The notes under the pieces were generated by a model. It did not search any database. It was given only the letters and a program-made list of their open reading frames with translations, and had not been told where the DNA came from. From positions 768,001 through 832,000 of the forward strand of contig CAVXLD010000003.1 in assembly GCA_963762565.1 (NCBI GenBank): a stretch of DNA of 64,000 nucleotides. The letters are read 5' to 3'. The DNA is from an uncultured Verrucomicrobiae bacterium. GTDB taxonomy: Bacteria; Verrucomicrobiota; Verrucomicrobiia; Chthoniobacterales; JAFAMB01. This document shows positions 51,766 to 62,598 of this stretch, in pieces; position 1 is the first letter of the stretch; the number at the start of each line of letters is the position of its first letter. Made by a program: the position numbers and the translations under genes.

Positions 51766-53229
51766 ATGATGGCTCTTTCCCAAGTCGGATCTCGTTTGCC
51801 ACTCAGAGTTCTAGTTCCAGTGATCGTCTCTTGCGCTCTCTTTATGGAGAACCTGGATGCGACGGTCCTATCGACAGCCTTACCGGCCATCGCCGGCGAT
51901 CTCCATCAGAGTCCAATTCAACTTAAGTTAGCGCTCACTTCCTACCTGCTGACACTCGGAGTGTTTATTCCGGCTTCCGGTTGGGTGGCGGACCGCTGGG
52001 GGGCACGCCTGATCTTTCGTTGGGCCATCCTTATATTCGCTCTGGGTTCAGCGCTCTGTGGTCTGGCCAATTCCATCCAATTCTTGGTAGCGGCTAGAGC
52101 GTTACAAGGCATCGGCGGAGCGATGATGGTGCCGGTCGGACGGTTGGTTATCTTGCGGAGCGTCTCCCGAGCCGACATGGTGAACGCCCTAGCTTGGCTC
52201 ACGATCCCGGCGCTGATCGGGCCAGTGCTGGGACCGCCATTAGGTGGATTTATTACTACCTTTTATACTTGGCGCTGGATCTTCTGGATCAACCTCCCCA
52301 TCGCAGGTCTGGGCTTGATCCTAGCCACACTCTTTATCCCAAATTTCCAGTCAGAAAATTCACAACGCTTTGATTTCGTTGGTTTTGTGTTGTCGGGACT
52401 TGCGCTTTCCACTTTGGTGGCCGGATCCAGTGCGGCCGACACCCCGGCTATCCCGGCCCAGTTTACCGTCGTTTTGTTCGTCGTCGGGATTACTTGCGCT
52501 GTTCTTTACTATCTACACGCGAGACGCGCCCCTAACCCGATTCTGGACCTAAAGTTGTTCCGGTTGCCGACCTTTCGAGCGGGCGTTGGCGGCGGCTCGC
52601 TTTTTCGGATCGGTATTGGCTCGATGCCGCTTTTGTTACCGTTGTTGTTTCAATTGGGATTTGGCTTCAGTCCGCTGAGTTCGGGACTCATGACCTTCGT
52701 GGCGGCAATCGGCGCGATGGGCATGAAAACCGCCGCCGGCTGGATTCTGCGAAAATTTGGGTTTCGCGTTACCTTAACCGTCAACGCCTTTATCTGCGCC
52801 CTCACCCTGCTTGCGCCTGCATTTTTTAGTCAAGCCACCCCGATCCTGCTGATGTCGTGTATTCTATTCGTCGGCGGCTTCTTCCGATCGCTACAGTTCA
52901 CCTGCATCAACGCGTTGACCTTTGCTGAAGTTGAGCAGCCTGAAATGAGCCAGGCCACGAGCCTGTCGAGTGTCGCTCAACAACTTTCTTTAAGCTTAGG
53001 AATCACGGTCGGTGCGGCGGCTTTGCAGTTAACGCTCAACGCCCACGGTCAACAACAGCTTACCATCCCGGATTTCTGGCCGGCGTTTGTTGCGGTCAGC
53101 CTGATCGCTGGCATTTCATTGTTCTCTTTCCTAAAACTCTCGAGCGACGCTGGCGAAGAGGTTGCCGGCCGGAAACGGGTGTCGTCGGTACAGGTCAATA
53201 TTAATAGCGTACGAGGGTCGAGAGGGTGA
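51766..53229 (+). CDS. DHA2 (EmrB/QacA/MdtD-like) MFS efflux permease
   Basis: FMENLDATVLSTALP, QGIGGAMMVPVGR, WRWIFWINLP. Confidence 0.93.
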   Translation: MMALSQVGSRLPLRVLVPVIVSCALFMENLDATVLSTALPAIAGDLHQSPIQLKLALTSYLLTLGVFIPASGWVADRWGARLIFRWAILIFALGSALCGLANSIQFLVAARALQGIGGAMMVPVGRLVILRSVSRADMVNALAWLTIPALIGPVLGPPLGGFITTFYTWRWIFWINLPIAGLGLILATLFIPNFQSENSQRFDFVGFVLSGLALSTLVAGSSAADTPAIPAQFTVVLFVVGITCAVLYYLHARRAPNPILDLKLFRLPTFRAGVGGGSLFRIGIGSMPLLLPLLFQLGFGFSPLSSGLMTFVAAIGAMGMKTAAGWILRKFGFRVTLTVNAFICALTLLAPAFFSQATPILLMSCILFVGGFFRSLQFTCINALTFAEVEQPEMSQATSLSSVAQQLSLSLGITVGAAALQLTLNAHGQQQLTIPDFWPAFVAVSLIAGISLFSFLKLSSDAGEEVAGRKRVSSVQVNINSVRGSRG

Positions 53230-53408
53230 GGGGAGATCGTGAAAGGTGATTTGTGATTGGTGATTGGTTGGCTCCCGCCTTCTCCGTCATATAAGTCCCA
53301 TTAGTCTTATAGGTCCCATTCGCGCCACCCCGCTTGATACCTCGCTGCCCAGCGCGCCCACTAATCACCAATCACAAATCACCAATCACGTCTCACAGTT
53401 TCCAGCCG

Positions 53409-54401
53409 TTACAGCTGGAAACTCCCCGCCAGCAACTCATACGACCGCACTCTCGCAGCGTGACTATGCGCTACCGTCATCACCATCAGTTCATCGGCTT
53501 GGCAGCGGCCGGCGAGCGTCATTAGGCGAGTTTTGAGTTCTGCGGGTGTACCGGCCATGAAATGAGCGCGAGCGACCTGAGCGAGGCGTTGCTCCAAATC
53601 GTTGTAGTGATAGTTCTGTGCATCTTCCGGACTTGGGAAAGGAGCGGGTTTACCGCTGCGGAGGCGGACCCAAGCCAGCTCAAGCGAGGAAGCAAGCCGG
53701 TTCGCAGCGTCCGCCGATTCGGCACAGATCGCCGACAGAGCCAGGATCACCCGAGGTCGATCCAGCCAAGCACTTGCTTTGAAAGTCTTCCGGTAGACTC
53801 GAGTCGCAAATTCGGCCAAGTCCGGGTTGATATGGTGTGCAAAAGCAAATCCGACCCCCAAGTCCGCGGCAATCTGGGCGCCGTCTTCCGTCGATCCAAG
53901 CATCCAGATCGGAGGAGAAGGGACATCCCGAGGGATTGCCTCGATCGAATCATCGGTGTCCGGAGCGCGTAAATAATGGATCAGCTCTGCGAGCTGTTCC
54001 GAGAAATCATCGACCATCAACCGCTCTCTCGAACGCCGCAACGCTAGCGCTGTGGCCTGGCTCGAACCGGGCGCTCGTCCAAGTCCAAGATCAATCCGCC
54101 CGGGATGTAACGCTTCCAGAACCCGGAATTCTTCCGCTACTCGCAAAGGAGCATGGTTCGGTAACATAATCCCACCGGCGCCGACCCGGATCCGATTGGT
54201 CACCGAGGCGACGTGGCCGATCATAATCTGCGGCGCTGTGCTGGCCACGCTCGGAATGCTGTGATGTTCAGCCAGCCAATAGCGCACGTACCCGAGCCGA
54301 TCAGCGGCCTTGGCCAGATCCAAGGTATTAATAAGCGCTTCAGAATCTTTCGACCCGGCAGCGATCGGAGAAAGATCGAGAACCGAAAGCGGGAAAACCA
54401 T
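53409..54401 (-). CDS. LLM class (luciferase-like) flavin-dependent oxidoreductase
   Basis: LSVLDLSP, RYWLAEHH, RVGAGGIMLPNH, GRIDLGLGRAPG. Confidence 0.94.
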   Translation of the reverse strand: MVFPLSVLDLSPIAAGSKDSEALINTLDLAKAADRLGYVRYWLAEHHSIPSVASTAPQIMIGHVASVTNRIRVGAGGIMLPNHAPLRVAEEFRVLEALHPGRIDLGLGRAPGSSQATALALRRSRERLMVDDFSEQLAELIHYLRAPDTDDSIEAIPRDVPSPPIWMLGSTEDGAQIAADLGVGFAFAHHINPDLAEFATRVYRKTFKASAWLDRPRVILALSAICAESADAANRLASSLELAWVRLRSGKPAPFPSPEDAQNYHYNDLEQRLAQVARAHFMAGTPAELKTRLMTLAGRCQADELMVMTVAHSHAARVRSYELLAGSFQL

Positions 54402-54690
54402 TTACTAGCCCTCCGGCAGGTGGCGGGGGACGTCAAGGGCGGGGACAGAGATGTGAAGGGTGATTGGTGATTGGTGATTGGTGATTAGTGATCGGTAGAA
54501 TGGCCAGACCTTCGGCCTCGCTGCCCATTGGGCCCTAGGCTTGGCGAAGCAGAAGCGAAGCAGCGTTCCACGGCTTCACCACTAATTACCAATCACCAAT
54601 CACTAATCACCACCTCCTAGCTCCTATCGCTTGAACTCCTGTTTCGAATTTGTCATTAGCGAACGATGCGCTTCGCTGCTAAGACACGCT

Positions 54691-54879
54691 ATGCGCAAAG
54701 TACTACGATCTGCTCAAGGCCCGCAGGAGATCCCGCCGCAAGACAAATCAGTTTGGATCTGTATGTGTGGGTTATCGAAAAATCAGCCGTTCTGCGACGG
54801 CTCTCATAAACAGACGCGGGAAGAGGCCGAGGGTAAGACGTACGAATACGACGCGGAAGGTCATCGCTCGGAGGTTTAG
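54691..54879 (+). CDS. CDGSH iron-sulfur domain protein
   Basis: ICMCGLSKNQPFCDGSH. Confidence 0.93.
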   Translation: MRKVLRSAQGPQEIPPQDKSVWICMCGLSKNQPFCDGSHKQTREEAEGKTYEYDAEGHRSEV

Positions 54880-54898
54880 CCGCCGTCTATTCTAGCAA

Positions 54899-55762
54899 AT
54901 GCAGCTAACTAAACGGGGAACCAAACGGCTGGCCACGGCGCGCCAACCGATACTCAAACGCCTCGACACTTCATTGTCGGCATTGTCGGCGCTCGCTGCC
55001 CTAAGGTTGGCGGCGTTGTTGGCAGTGACGGCGTTGCCGGCGTTATTCGTGGGTTGTGCGAGTGGTCCAAGCGGCTCCCGTCTGGGTGCGCCAAAAGGAG
55101 GCTTTACCACAGTCATGATCGACCCCGGACACGGAGGTAAAGATAACGGTGGCACCAGTGGGCGCTTAACTCCGTTCCAAAGAGAAAAGGATCTCACTCT
55201 CGATACAGCGAAACGCGTTCGCGACGAATTGAAGCGCGCCGGTCTGCGCACCTTAATGACTCGGGAGGATGATCATTTTGTGGAGTTGGACAATCGGGTC
55301 GCCATGGGTAATCAACTGGGCGCTGGCGCAATCTTGGTAAGTATCCACTATAACGCGACCGGCAGCAGGGAACCGAATGGAGTGCAGACCTATTTCTGGC
55401 ACGCCAATAGTCACGGACTCGCCATGCGTATCCAGGGGGCTGTGGTCAGCAGCACTGGGGAGGCTGACAGTGGAATCATTCGTCGCCGGCTTCGGATGAC
55501 CCGGAACCCGGAAATTCCTTGTGTGCTAGTAGAATGCGCCTTTCTGACGAACCCGGCCGACAACGCAAAAGTCGCCCAGGATAGTTACCGGGAATTGATC
55601 GCGAACGGCATCGCGAATGGAATCCTGCAACAGTACCGCCTCGGAGACGAAGGCATTACTCCCGTGCCCGAAATCTGGGCGCCACTTTCAAAAGAGTCGG
55701 ATCGATACGTACCGTCGAGGAAGCATAAGAAGCGCGTGAAGCACACGAGCCATTCGGGGTAG
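54899..55762 (+). CDS. N-acetylmuramoyl-L-alanine amidase (Amidase_3), probable lipoprotein
   Basis: MIDPGHGGKD, EKDLTLD, VSIHYNA, VLVECAFLTN; lipobox-like FVGC; start uncertain. Confidence 0.92.
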   Translation: MQLTKRGTKRLATARQPILKRLDTSLSALSALAALRLAALLAVTALPALFVGCASGPSGSRLGAPKGGFTTVMIDPGHGGKDNGGTSGRLTPFQREKDLTLDTAKRVRDELKRAGLRTLMTREDDHFVELDNRVAMGNQLGAGAILVSIHYNATGSREPNGVQTYFWHANSHGLAMRIQGAVVSSTGEADSGIIRRRLRMTRNPEIPCVLVECAFLTNPADNAKVAQDSYRELIANGIANGILQQYRLGDEGITPVPEIWAPLSKESDRYVPSRKHKKRVKHTSHSG

Positions 55763-56407
55763 GGTTGCGAAACGGCGTGTGGGCGTATCGGCGAATGGGC
55801 GAAAGGGCGAAGGGGTAGCCACCGGTGGAGCGCTGCCTCGCTTGCGAGGCCGACTGCACAATGGTGGGGCGAGGCTCCGGATCTTCCTTAAATCGATGCC
55901 AAGGCGGCTGGCCTGCTCTAAATCTATGGCGGACGACCCCGAAAGGTCGCCGAGCCGCGGCCCAGCGTGTGCCCAGGTCTATGGCTGACCAGAATCGCAA
56001 ACTTGTAGGAGCTTCGTCCGCTGGATCACAGCGACACCGTGGACGCGGCTCGGCAGCGCATCGGCCCTAAACACACCCTAGCACAGGCAAAGAGGTCAAA
56101 CATCCGAATCAATATGTGTTTTGGGATGGTTTCCATCCAACCACCCGGGTGCACAAGTTAGCGGCTAAAACCTTTAAAAAAGGTGCAGCCTCTCTGGATG
56201 TAATGCAGATCGGAGCTAACCCATAGCGCCGAGAGTCGGAGTGAGAGGTGAGAAGTGATTGGTGATTAGTGGAGCGCTGCCTCGCTTGCGAGGCCGTGGT
56301 GAACGGAGCGTTATCGGCAAGTCGTGCCCCTTACTTGCCGCGCTCTATCGTTCTCAGTGAGAAAGTGTCAGCGATTCGGTGGTCGTGCGGATCGGCGTTG
56401 TCGGCGC

Positions 56408-57151
56408 TCACGGCGATACCGGCGATGTCGGCGTTGCGGGGGTTGCCGGAGTTCCCCGGGCCAATTTCTCAATCAAGACATTGACGATCAGACGGGCCGC
56501 TAGTCCGAACCCGCTTCGAGCGGTGTTGATGGTTAAATCGTAATTGGTCGGATCTTCCGTATCAGCTTCGAAATAGGTGCGAACATAGCGGCGGCGGCGT
56601 TCATCAGTTTCCCGGACTAGTCGCTCCGCTTTGTCCTGAGGGAGCTGATGATAGTCCGCGAAATTTCGGACCCGGTCGGGAAGGGGAGCAACTAAACGGA
56701 CGTGCAAGACATGAGGAAGCTGCGCCGTGATCGCGCTGGAGCCGCGCCCAACCAAAATTACATTTCCTTGCGCCGCCAGCCGGCGGATCGTGTCAACCGT
56801 ATGCTGCCGCAGCAGCCAATAAGAGGGATGTAGCCCCAGAACGGACTCCAATGCGTCCGTCAATGGGAGCTTAGCGTCTTCCGCTATATAACGTTCCATG
56901 CTGGTCGACAGCTGATGTTCTTGCAGGATGCGTAGCGCCAGATTCCGATCGAAGACCGTCCAAGCACGAGGAGGGTCACCCTGGTAATCCAGGTTCAAAT
57001 GTTCGGCAACCAGATTAGCGACCGTTAAAGCCCCTGCGCCGCTTTGCCGCGACAGGGTGATAGCTGGTTTTGGTCGTATTTCCGGTTTCTCGACGGGCGA
57101 AAACTGTGCACCCAGATAGCGCGCGAAGACGTCGGCTGACTTTCTGCTCAT
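56408..57151 (-). CDS. Cytidylate kinase-like family protein
   Basis: ITLSRQSGAGA, VILVGRGS, HVRLVAP, YDLTINT. Confidence 0.88.
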   Translation of the reverse strand: MSRKSADVFARYLGAQFSPVEKPEIRPKPAITLSRQSGAGALTVANLVAEHLNLDYQGDPPRAWTVFDRNLALRILQEHQLSTSMERYIAEDAKLPLTDALESVLGLHPSYWLLRQHTVDTIRRLAAQGNVILVGRGSSAITAQLPHVLHVRLVAPLPDRVRNFADYHQLPQDKAERLVRETDERRRRYVRTYFEADTEDPTNYDLTINTARSGFGLAARLIVNVLIEKLARGTPATPATPTSPVSP

Positions 57152-57735
57152 AGCCTAGTACCTCAGATGTTTGGGGGAACGAAGTTCCGGAGAAGCGTAC
57201 ACCCATTTCGGAACGCCGACAACGCCGTGATCGCCGCCAACGCCGACATTTGGTGGGGCGAGGCTCCCGCATACCGGAGGTGTCACGCAACGCTCAAGAC
57301 GACTTGTTCCTTTTGGCGTGCCGTCCCCTAACGGCTGCCGAGCCGCGTTCTGTAGTGTGCCACTGCCCAGTGCGCTTTCCCGTGCTTGGGTTAATCGTGT
57401 AAGGAACACGAAGGTGCCGAGCGCGTCCTCCTCGGTGCAATGATACGCAGCCCCGACGGCTCGGCAGCCTTCTGGCATAGCGCAGAGAAAAGGTGGAGCA
57501 CATCAAATGCGCCGTTGGCGTCTGTCGGTATTACCGGAGCCCGCCTCCGCCAAGCCTACGGCGCGGCAGGCCCTCGCCCCACCAATGCTGACCGGCGTTA
57601 CCGGCGTTACCGGCGCTGACGGCGTTGCACAGCGGGTCCTAAGGCACTACGTTTTCCGGACCGGCGCTCCGGTCGCGTTGCTGGGAACAAGTCGATGGAA
57701 ACGAACGCAGCTAAGGATGCCGGCAGGAACGACGT

Positions 57736-58398
57736 ATGCGGTTTCCAGACCGGTCTACAGCGGGTCAATTGTTAGCTCAAAAACTCGCCGGTTACGCTAA
57801 TAATCCGGACGTTGTGGTTTTAGCATTACCCCGGGGAGGGGTGCCGGTGGGCTTCGAGGTTGCCAAGTCCCTAAATGTTCCGCTGGATATTATCGTGGTT
57901 CGCAAACTAGGGGTGCCTGATCACGAAGAGTTAGCCATGGGAGCAATTGCAAGCGGCGATGTGCGCGTGCTGAACCATGACACCATCGATTGGTTACAGA
58001 TCCCGCAATGGATCATTGATCGAGTAACTGAATCAGAAAAAATAGAATTGGATCGCCGTGAAAAGACCTACCGAGGAAGCATTCCGCCACTCGATCTGGC
58101 GGAGAAAATTGTCATTCTGGTCGATGACGGCGTTGCAACCGGCTCCACTATGCGTGCCGCCGTGGCAGTGGTGCGTTCACGGAATCCACGACGCGTGGTG
58201 ATTGCTGTCCCTACCGCGCCGGTTTCAACCGCTGAAGAACTCAGAAATGTGGCGGATGACTTCGTTACTATAATTGCCACAGATGCCTTCGTCGGGGTAG
58301 GGCAATGGTATGAAAATTTTCGCCAGGTATCCGACGAAGTAACCCGTGAACTGTACGAACGCGCCAGATGTCGGCAGCTGCCGACCACGCAACCGTGA
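57736..58398 (+). CDS. Phosphoribosyltransferase family protein
   Basis: FPDRSTAG, LALPRGGVPV, ILVDDGVATGSTM, VGQWYENFRQVSD. Confidence 0.93.
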   Translation: MRFPDRSTAGQLLAQKLAGYANNPDVVVLALPRGGVPVGFEVAKSLNVPLDIIVVRKLGVPDHEELAMGAIASGDVRVLNHDTIDWLQIPQWIIDRVTESEKIELDRREKTYRGSIPPLDLAEKIVILVDDGVATGSTMRAAVAVVRSRNPRRVVIAVPTAPVSTAEELRNVADDFVTIIATDAFVGVGQWYENFRQVSDEVTRELYERARCRQLPTTQP

Positions 58399-58614
58399 AT
58401 CCACGGACAAAGATAAATTATCCGCAGATTAACGCAGATTACGCAGATTTCGCTCTGGGCTTAGTTCACGCTGCAGACCAATGGAAACCGCTGAGCTACG
58501 CACAGGTCTCTAGCACCCTGATGTAATCGGCCTTTGAAACGTAATCTGCGTAATCTGCGTAATCTGCGGATATTATCTTCAGTTTGAACGTCAGCGAAGC
58601 CCAAGAGTCACGTC

Positions 58615-59334
58615 ATGATTCCAGAACCGTGTGTAGAACCCAGAAAAGCACTTTTGCTAGTTTATCGGCGAATTGACTTTGTGGGTAGATCTCAGGGCAG
58701 GAGTTTCAGACATTCGCTCTCGGATGTCGAAGTTGAAGATGCCATCGAATCATTTCGGCATTTTCCGGAATTAGTTACGGAACTGACTCACGGGTTGGTG
58801 GTTATCGAATGCGACATGGTGTCGGTGGAACGAAGCCTCGTCACTTTGACGGCGATCGGGCCTGATCAATACTGGCCGTCGCCAGACGACACGCGTCCGG
58901 AGCTCGACTCGTTTGCTCCGCGTGATCGTTACGATTCCGTCTTTGTTCTTTGGCCGCAGACCGACTTTTCAGCAGGACTCTCAATTCCCTCGGCTGGCTG
59001 GGGATTGGCTATTGCCGCCGGTCCTTGGTCGAATTGGGCAACCTACGCGACTGTCGCTAACGCGCGCTCAGCGACCTGGAAAGTGCCGCGGATCGGTGAA
59101 GTCTGGCTACATGAATGGTTGCACGGTGCGTGCGCCTACTTCGCAAAGCGAGGTTACCAGATGCCGGACGGCGATGCCGACGGTGGCGGCAGACACGGCT
59201 ACAAACAATTACCAGAGTCAGGTTGGAGCAACTATTATCGCGATCTCATGAGCGCCAATGTGTTGGAGAACGGCCGGCGCCTGGGAATTCCGTTGGAAGC
59301 ATGGCCAACGTGGGGAAGAGGAGCTAGGAGCTAG
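58615..59334 (+). CDS. Hypothetical protein with HEXXH motif
   Basis: VWLHEWLHGAC in a clean 239-aa ORF. Confidence 0.75.
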   Translation: MIPEPCVEPRKALLLVYRRIDFVGRSQGRSFRHSLSDVEVEDAIESFRHFPELVTELTHGLVVIECDMVSVERSLVTLTAIGPDQYWPSPDDTRPELDSFAPRDRYDSVFVLWPQTDFSAGLSIPSAGWGLAIAAGPWSNWATYATVANARSATWKVPRIGEVWLHEWLHGACAYFAKRGYQMPDGDADGGGRHGYKQLPESGWSNYYRDLMSANVLENGRRLGIPLEAWPTWGRGARS

Positions 59335-59840
59335 GAGCTAGAATCTAGGAGCTAGAAGGGCGTGCTGCGGCTCGGCGACAATCGTTCTCGTCGTCGTCGT
59401 CCTCGAAAGAGTTGCGGGTCGATGCGGTGTGCGATCACCCAGCGCCTGGAGGGGAGCCGCTTTGGCGCTCATCTCGCCGCCCTAGCACATTTCGTCGCAA
59501 TGCCAATCCGGGCAAGGCGTGTGAAAACAAGCGGCTCCCGGAAACAACCCAGTGTGATGCATTTACCCGTGACTTTCGATTCGTTTAAACGCGGCCTGTA
59601 GAGCTGCGAGCCGCTGGATTATTCGCGGGAGCCGCCTGTTGCGATATTCTTTGGCCAAGGGAGCGCTGAACCAAATATCGCGGGGTCACCTATTGCGCGC
59701 CAAAGCGGCTCCCCTCCACGCGCTGGGTGATCGCACACCGCATCAACCCGCGACTCTTTCGAGGACGACGACGAGAACGAGAACGACTGTCTGCGAGCTG
59801 CAGCACGTCCTCCTACCTCCTAGCTCCTAGCTCCTCATCA

Positions 59841-61823
59841 TCAGAATCGCAATGAACCGTCCATGAAATGATACGTCTGACCGAACCACAACAGGACCCC
59901 GCATGCGGCAAGCAAAAGCAAAGTGTGGAGCCGGTTGAGCACGGTACCCTGTTGCCCGATCCAGAAATACAACGTCGCAATTCCGATCACGGCCACACCA
60001 CCGCCGGGGCCGATCCAGGCAAGCCAGTGGATTGTATTCAGCCAACGGTCCTGAGAAGAAGAGATCTGGGCTACATTATTGCTGATCTTGGCAAAGAACA
60101 GAAAGACCGCGACGGCAAAGGCGACGATGACCAAACACCAGAGTCGGGTAAGCAGATACAAGACCTTGGCTCCAGCATTGCTTTCGAACAAAGGCCGCTG
60201 ATATCGCCACCGAACGATCATGGCTAACGGAAACAACAGAGCGGTAATGCCAATCAGAGCAGCCGCCGCGCCGACCAGCCAAAGCACAAACGGACGGGAC
60301 TGTGTGAAGCTGACCCTTTGAAATACCCAGATCGGCCAAGAGGGGACGAGATCCGAGATTTCTTCATTCTGGCCATGGCGAAAGCCAATCATCTGTTCGC
60401 CATTAACTTCGCGATAGATCAAAGGAGCGACTTCCTGCCACCGGATCACTGTTCCTCGGTTGTCTTTAAACAAATCGATCGTCAGGACCCCGTTTGCGTC
60501 GGCATCCACTTTAACCTGCTGCGCTAGTCCCACCGAGCGCAGAATGCTGGATTCAGACCGGATACTCGGCTGGTAATAACCTTTCACCAACTCCCCGTCT
60601 TTGCTTTGCGATGTGATCGATTCCGTTGTGGTGGCCGGAGCCGGATAGTACCGGTCGAGGAATGCTTGAACGATTTCTTCCGGATTTAGTGTTTTATCAT
60701 TACCGGCGCTGTTGAGCGAAACGAAAAACCCGACCTTTTCGTCCGGAATAAGAATGAGATCGCTGTGGAAGTAGACAGTGTCACCTCCGTGTCCAATGAT
60801 TCGCGGGCCGGCCGGCCTTCGTTCTATGAATACAAGGCCCATGGCATTTAGTTTGGGATCAAGCACTAACACACGATCCTCCATTTTTTGCAGAGAATCC
60901 GGGTTGATAATCTGAGCGCCTTCTAATGCTCCTTCATTCAACAGCGCCGCCATGAAATGGCCCATATCGATACCGGTAGTCGAAAGGGCGCCAGCCGGAA
61001 CCGCCTGTACATATTCGAAACCACCGGGCGCATCCGTTGCCGTTTTGTATCCGTTGGACAGGTCGGGTAACAAGTCCTCCGGCAACGGTTGATCAAAGGT
61101 GCTGTGCTCCATCTGCAAAGGCCGGAAAATTTGATATCGGATATATTCCTTATAGGGCACACCGGATACCCTTTCGAGGATGTAGCCGGCGAGGGCCAAG
61201 CCGTAATTAGAGTAAGCAGGGACAGCACCCGGGGAGTAAATCCGATCCGGCATTTCAGCGATCAAGTAGTCTCTCAGCGGACGGAGCTCTTCGCGCCGGC
61301 TCACAAAGAGATTTCGAAGCCGCAGATCAAAACCTGCCGAGTGGGTGAGCAGGTTCCGCATCGTGATCGGCTGAAGGAACGTGGCTGGGATCTTGAAATC
61401 CAAGTAGTCATTAATGTCCCGATCCAGGTCGATTTTGCCATCCTCAACCAACTGCATTACTGCGATAGCCGTAAAAAGCTTGGTAATTGAGCCAGGACGA
61501 AACAGGGTACGATCGGGCACCACCGTTTGCCGGCGGGCGAAATCGGAGTAACCGAAACCTTTGCAGAGCAAGACTTGTCCATCCTTAACCACGGTAACAA
61601 CGCCTCCGGCGATATTGCGCCTGGCCAACTCCACGTTCATGAGCCCATCCAGGAAAGGTTCTAGATCCTGCGCCGTCAGTTTCACGGCAACGGGTTGCGG
61701 CGCCGGTGGCGGAGTTGCTGTCGGAAGAACGAACGGAGTAGGAGAGGCCGTTGATTGGTCAGTTTCTTGCGCGAGACCGGCAAAAGGGAAGAGCGCCAAG
61801 AGAAGTACAAAATAGCGATTCAT
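59841..61823 (-). CDS. Serine hydrolase (beta-lactamase/AmpC-like) with C-terminal TM helices
   Basis: Signal peptide, FRPGSITK (SxxK), YSN, GHGGD, three C-terminal hydrophobic helices. Confidence 0.92.
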   Translation of the reverse strand: MNRYFVLLLALFPFAGLAQETDQSTASPTPFVLPTATPPPAPQPVAVKLTAQDLEPFLDGLMNVELARRNIAGGVVTVVKDGQVLLCKGFGYSDFARRQTVVPDRTLFRPGSITKLFTAIAVMQLVEDGKIDLDRDINDYLDFKIPATFLQPITMRNLLTHSAGFDLRLRNLFVSRREELRPLRDYLIAEMPDRIYSPGAVPAYSNYGLALAGYILERVSGVPYKEYIRYQIFRPLQMEHSTFDQPLPEDLLPDLSNGYKTATDAPGGFEYVQAVPAGALSTTGIDMGHFMAALLNEGALEGAQIINPDSLQKMEDRVLVLDPKLNAMGLVFIERRPAGPRIIGHGGDTVYFHSDLILIPDEKVGFFVSLNSAGNDKTLNPEEIVQAFLDRYYPAPATTTESITSQSKDGELVKGYYQPSIRSESSILRSVGLAQQVKVDADANGVLTIDLFKDNRGTVIRWQEVAPLIYREVNGEQMIGFRHGQNEEISDLVPSWPIWVFQRVSFTQSRPFVLWLVGAAAALIGITALLFPLAMIVRWRYQRPLFESNAGAKVLYLLTRLWCLVIVAFAVAVFLFFAKISNNVAQISSSQDRWLNTIHWLAWIGPGGGVAVIGIATLYFWIGQQGTVLNRLHTLLLLAACGVLLWFGQTYHFMDGSLRF

Positions 61824-62598
61824 TTTGAATGGACCGTTTCTCGAACGTCGTCGGCTCAATTGAGCCGCCGGGCAATATAGTAGACGACGGAAGTCGCTCC
61901 CAGTTTCTTTGCGCCTAATTGGTGGGGCGAGGGCCTGCCGCGCCGTAGGCTTGGCGTAGGCGGGCTCCGGATCTTCCTGAAATGGATGCCAAGGCGGTTG
62001 CCCTTCTCGAATCTATGGCGGACAACACCGAAAGATCGCCGAGCCGCGGCCCGGCGTGTGGCCACATCCACAGTTTTGGTAGGGCGAGGCTCCGGATCTT
62101 CCTCAAAGCTTGATCAAGGCCATTGCGCTTACCAGATCTGCGGCGACCATCGGCGAACGGTTGCCTAGCCGCGGCCCAGCGCCTGTCCAGATCCACAGTT
62201 GACCCGAATCGCAACCTTTGTAGGACGTTCGGGCGCTGGATCAGAGCGACACCGTGGGCGCGGCTCGGCGGCGGATTGGCCCTAAATACGAAATCATGGC
62301 TCAACGTTGCAGCCCTTGGAATGCTCCAAAGGCCATACGGGAGCCTCGCCCCACCAATGTCTTTCGCGGTTTCAATATCGCCAACCCGCTACGCGGATGC
62401 TTTTCGGACTTGGCGCAGTACTCCAACACTCCCGCACTCCATCACTCCGCGAGGCCGGATTCGAGGACAGCCTGTCCGCCGTAGCCCACGGTCTATGTTG
62501 CCACCGCTCGAAGTCGGCCTCGCAAGCGAGGCGCGCTCCACACCAAGGAGTCGGCGAAGGCGGAAGGACGACGAGGACGAGAACGAAACGCCCATAAC

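Larger units (their letters stand above)
7050..62540. repeat. Dispersed 27-bp REP-like palindrome family A (tggagcgctgcctcgcttgcgaggccg), 13 copies
   Basis: Copies start at about 7050, 7093, 10261, 10419, 12995, 19684, 38022, 38342, 51414, 51618, 55826, 56270 and 62515; hairpin core gcctcgc-tt-gcgaggc. Confidence 0.95.

Noticed and set aside
59841..61823. Calling the serine hydrolase a beta-lactam resistance gene
   Set aside because: The motifs only show the broad SxxK hydrolase family; substrate cannot be inferred.
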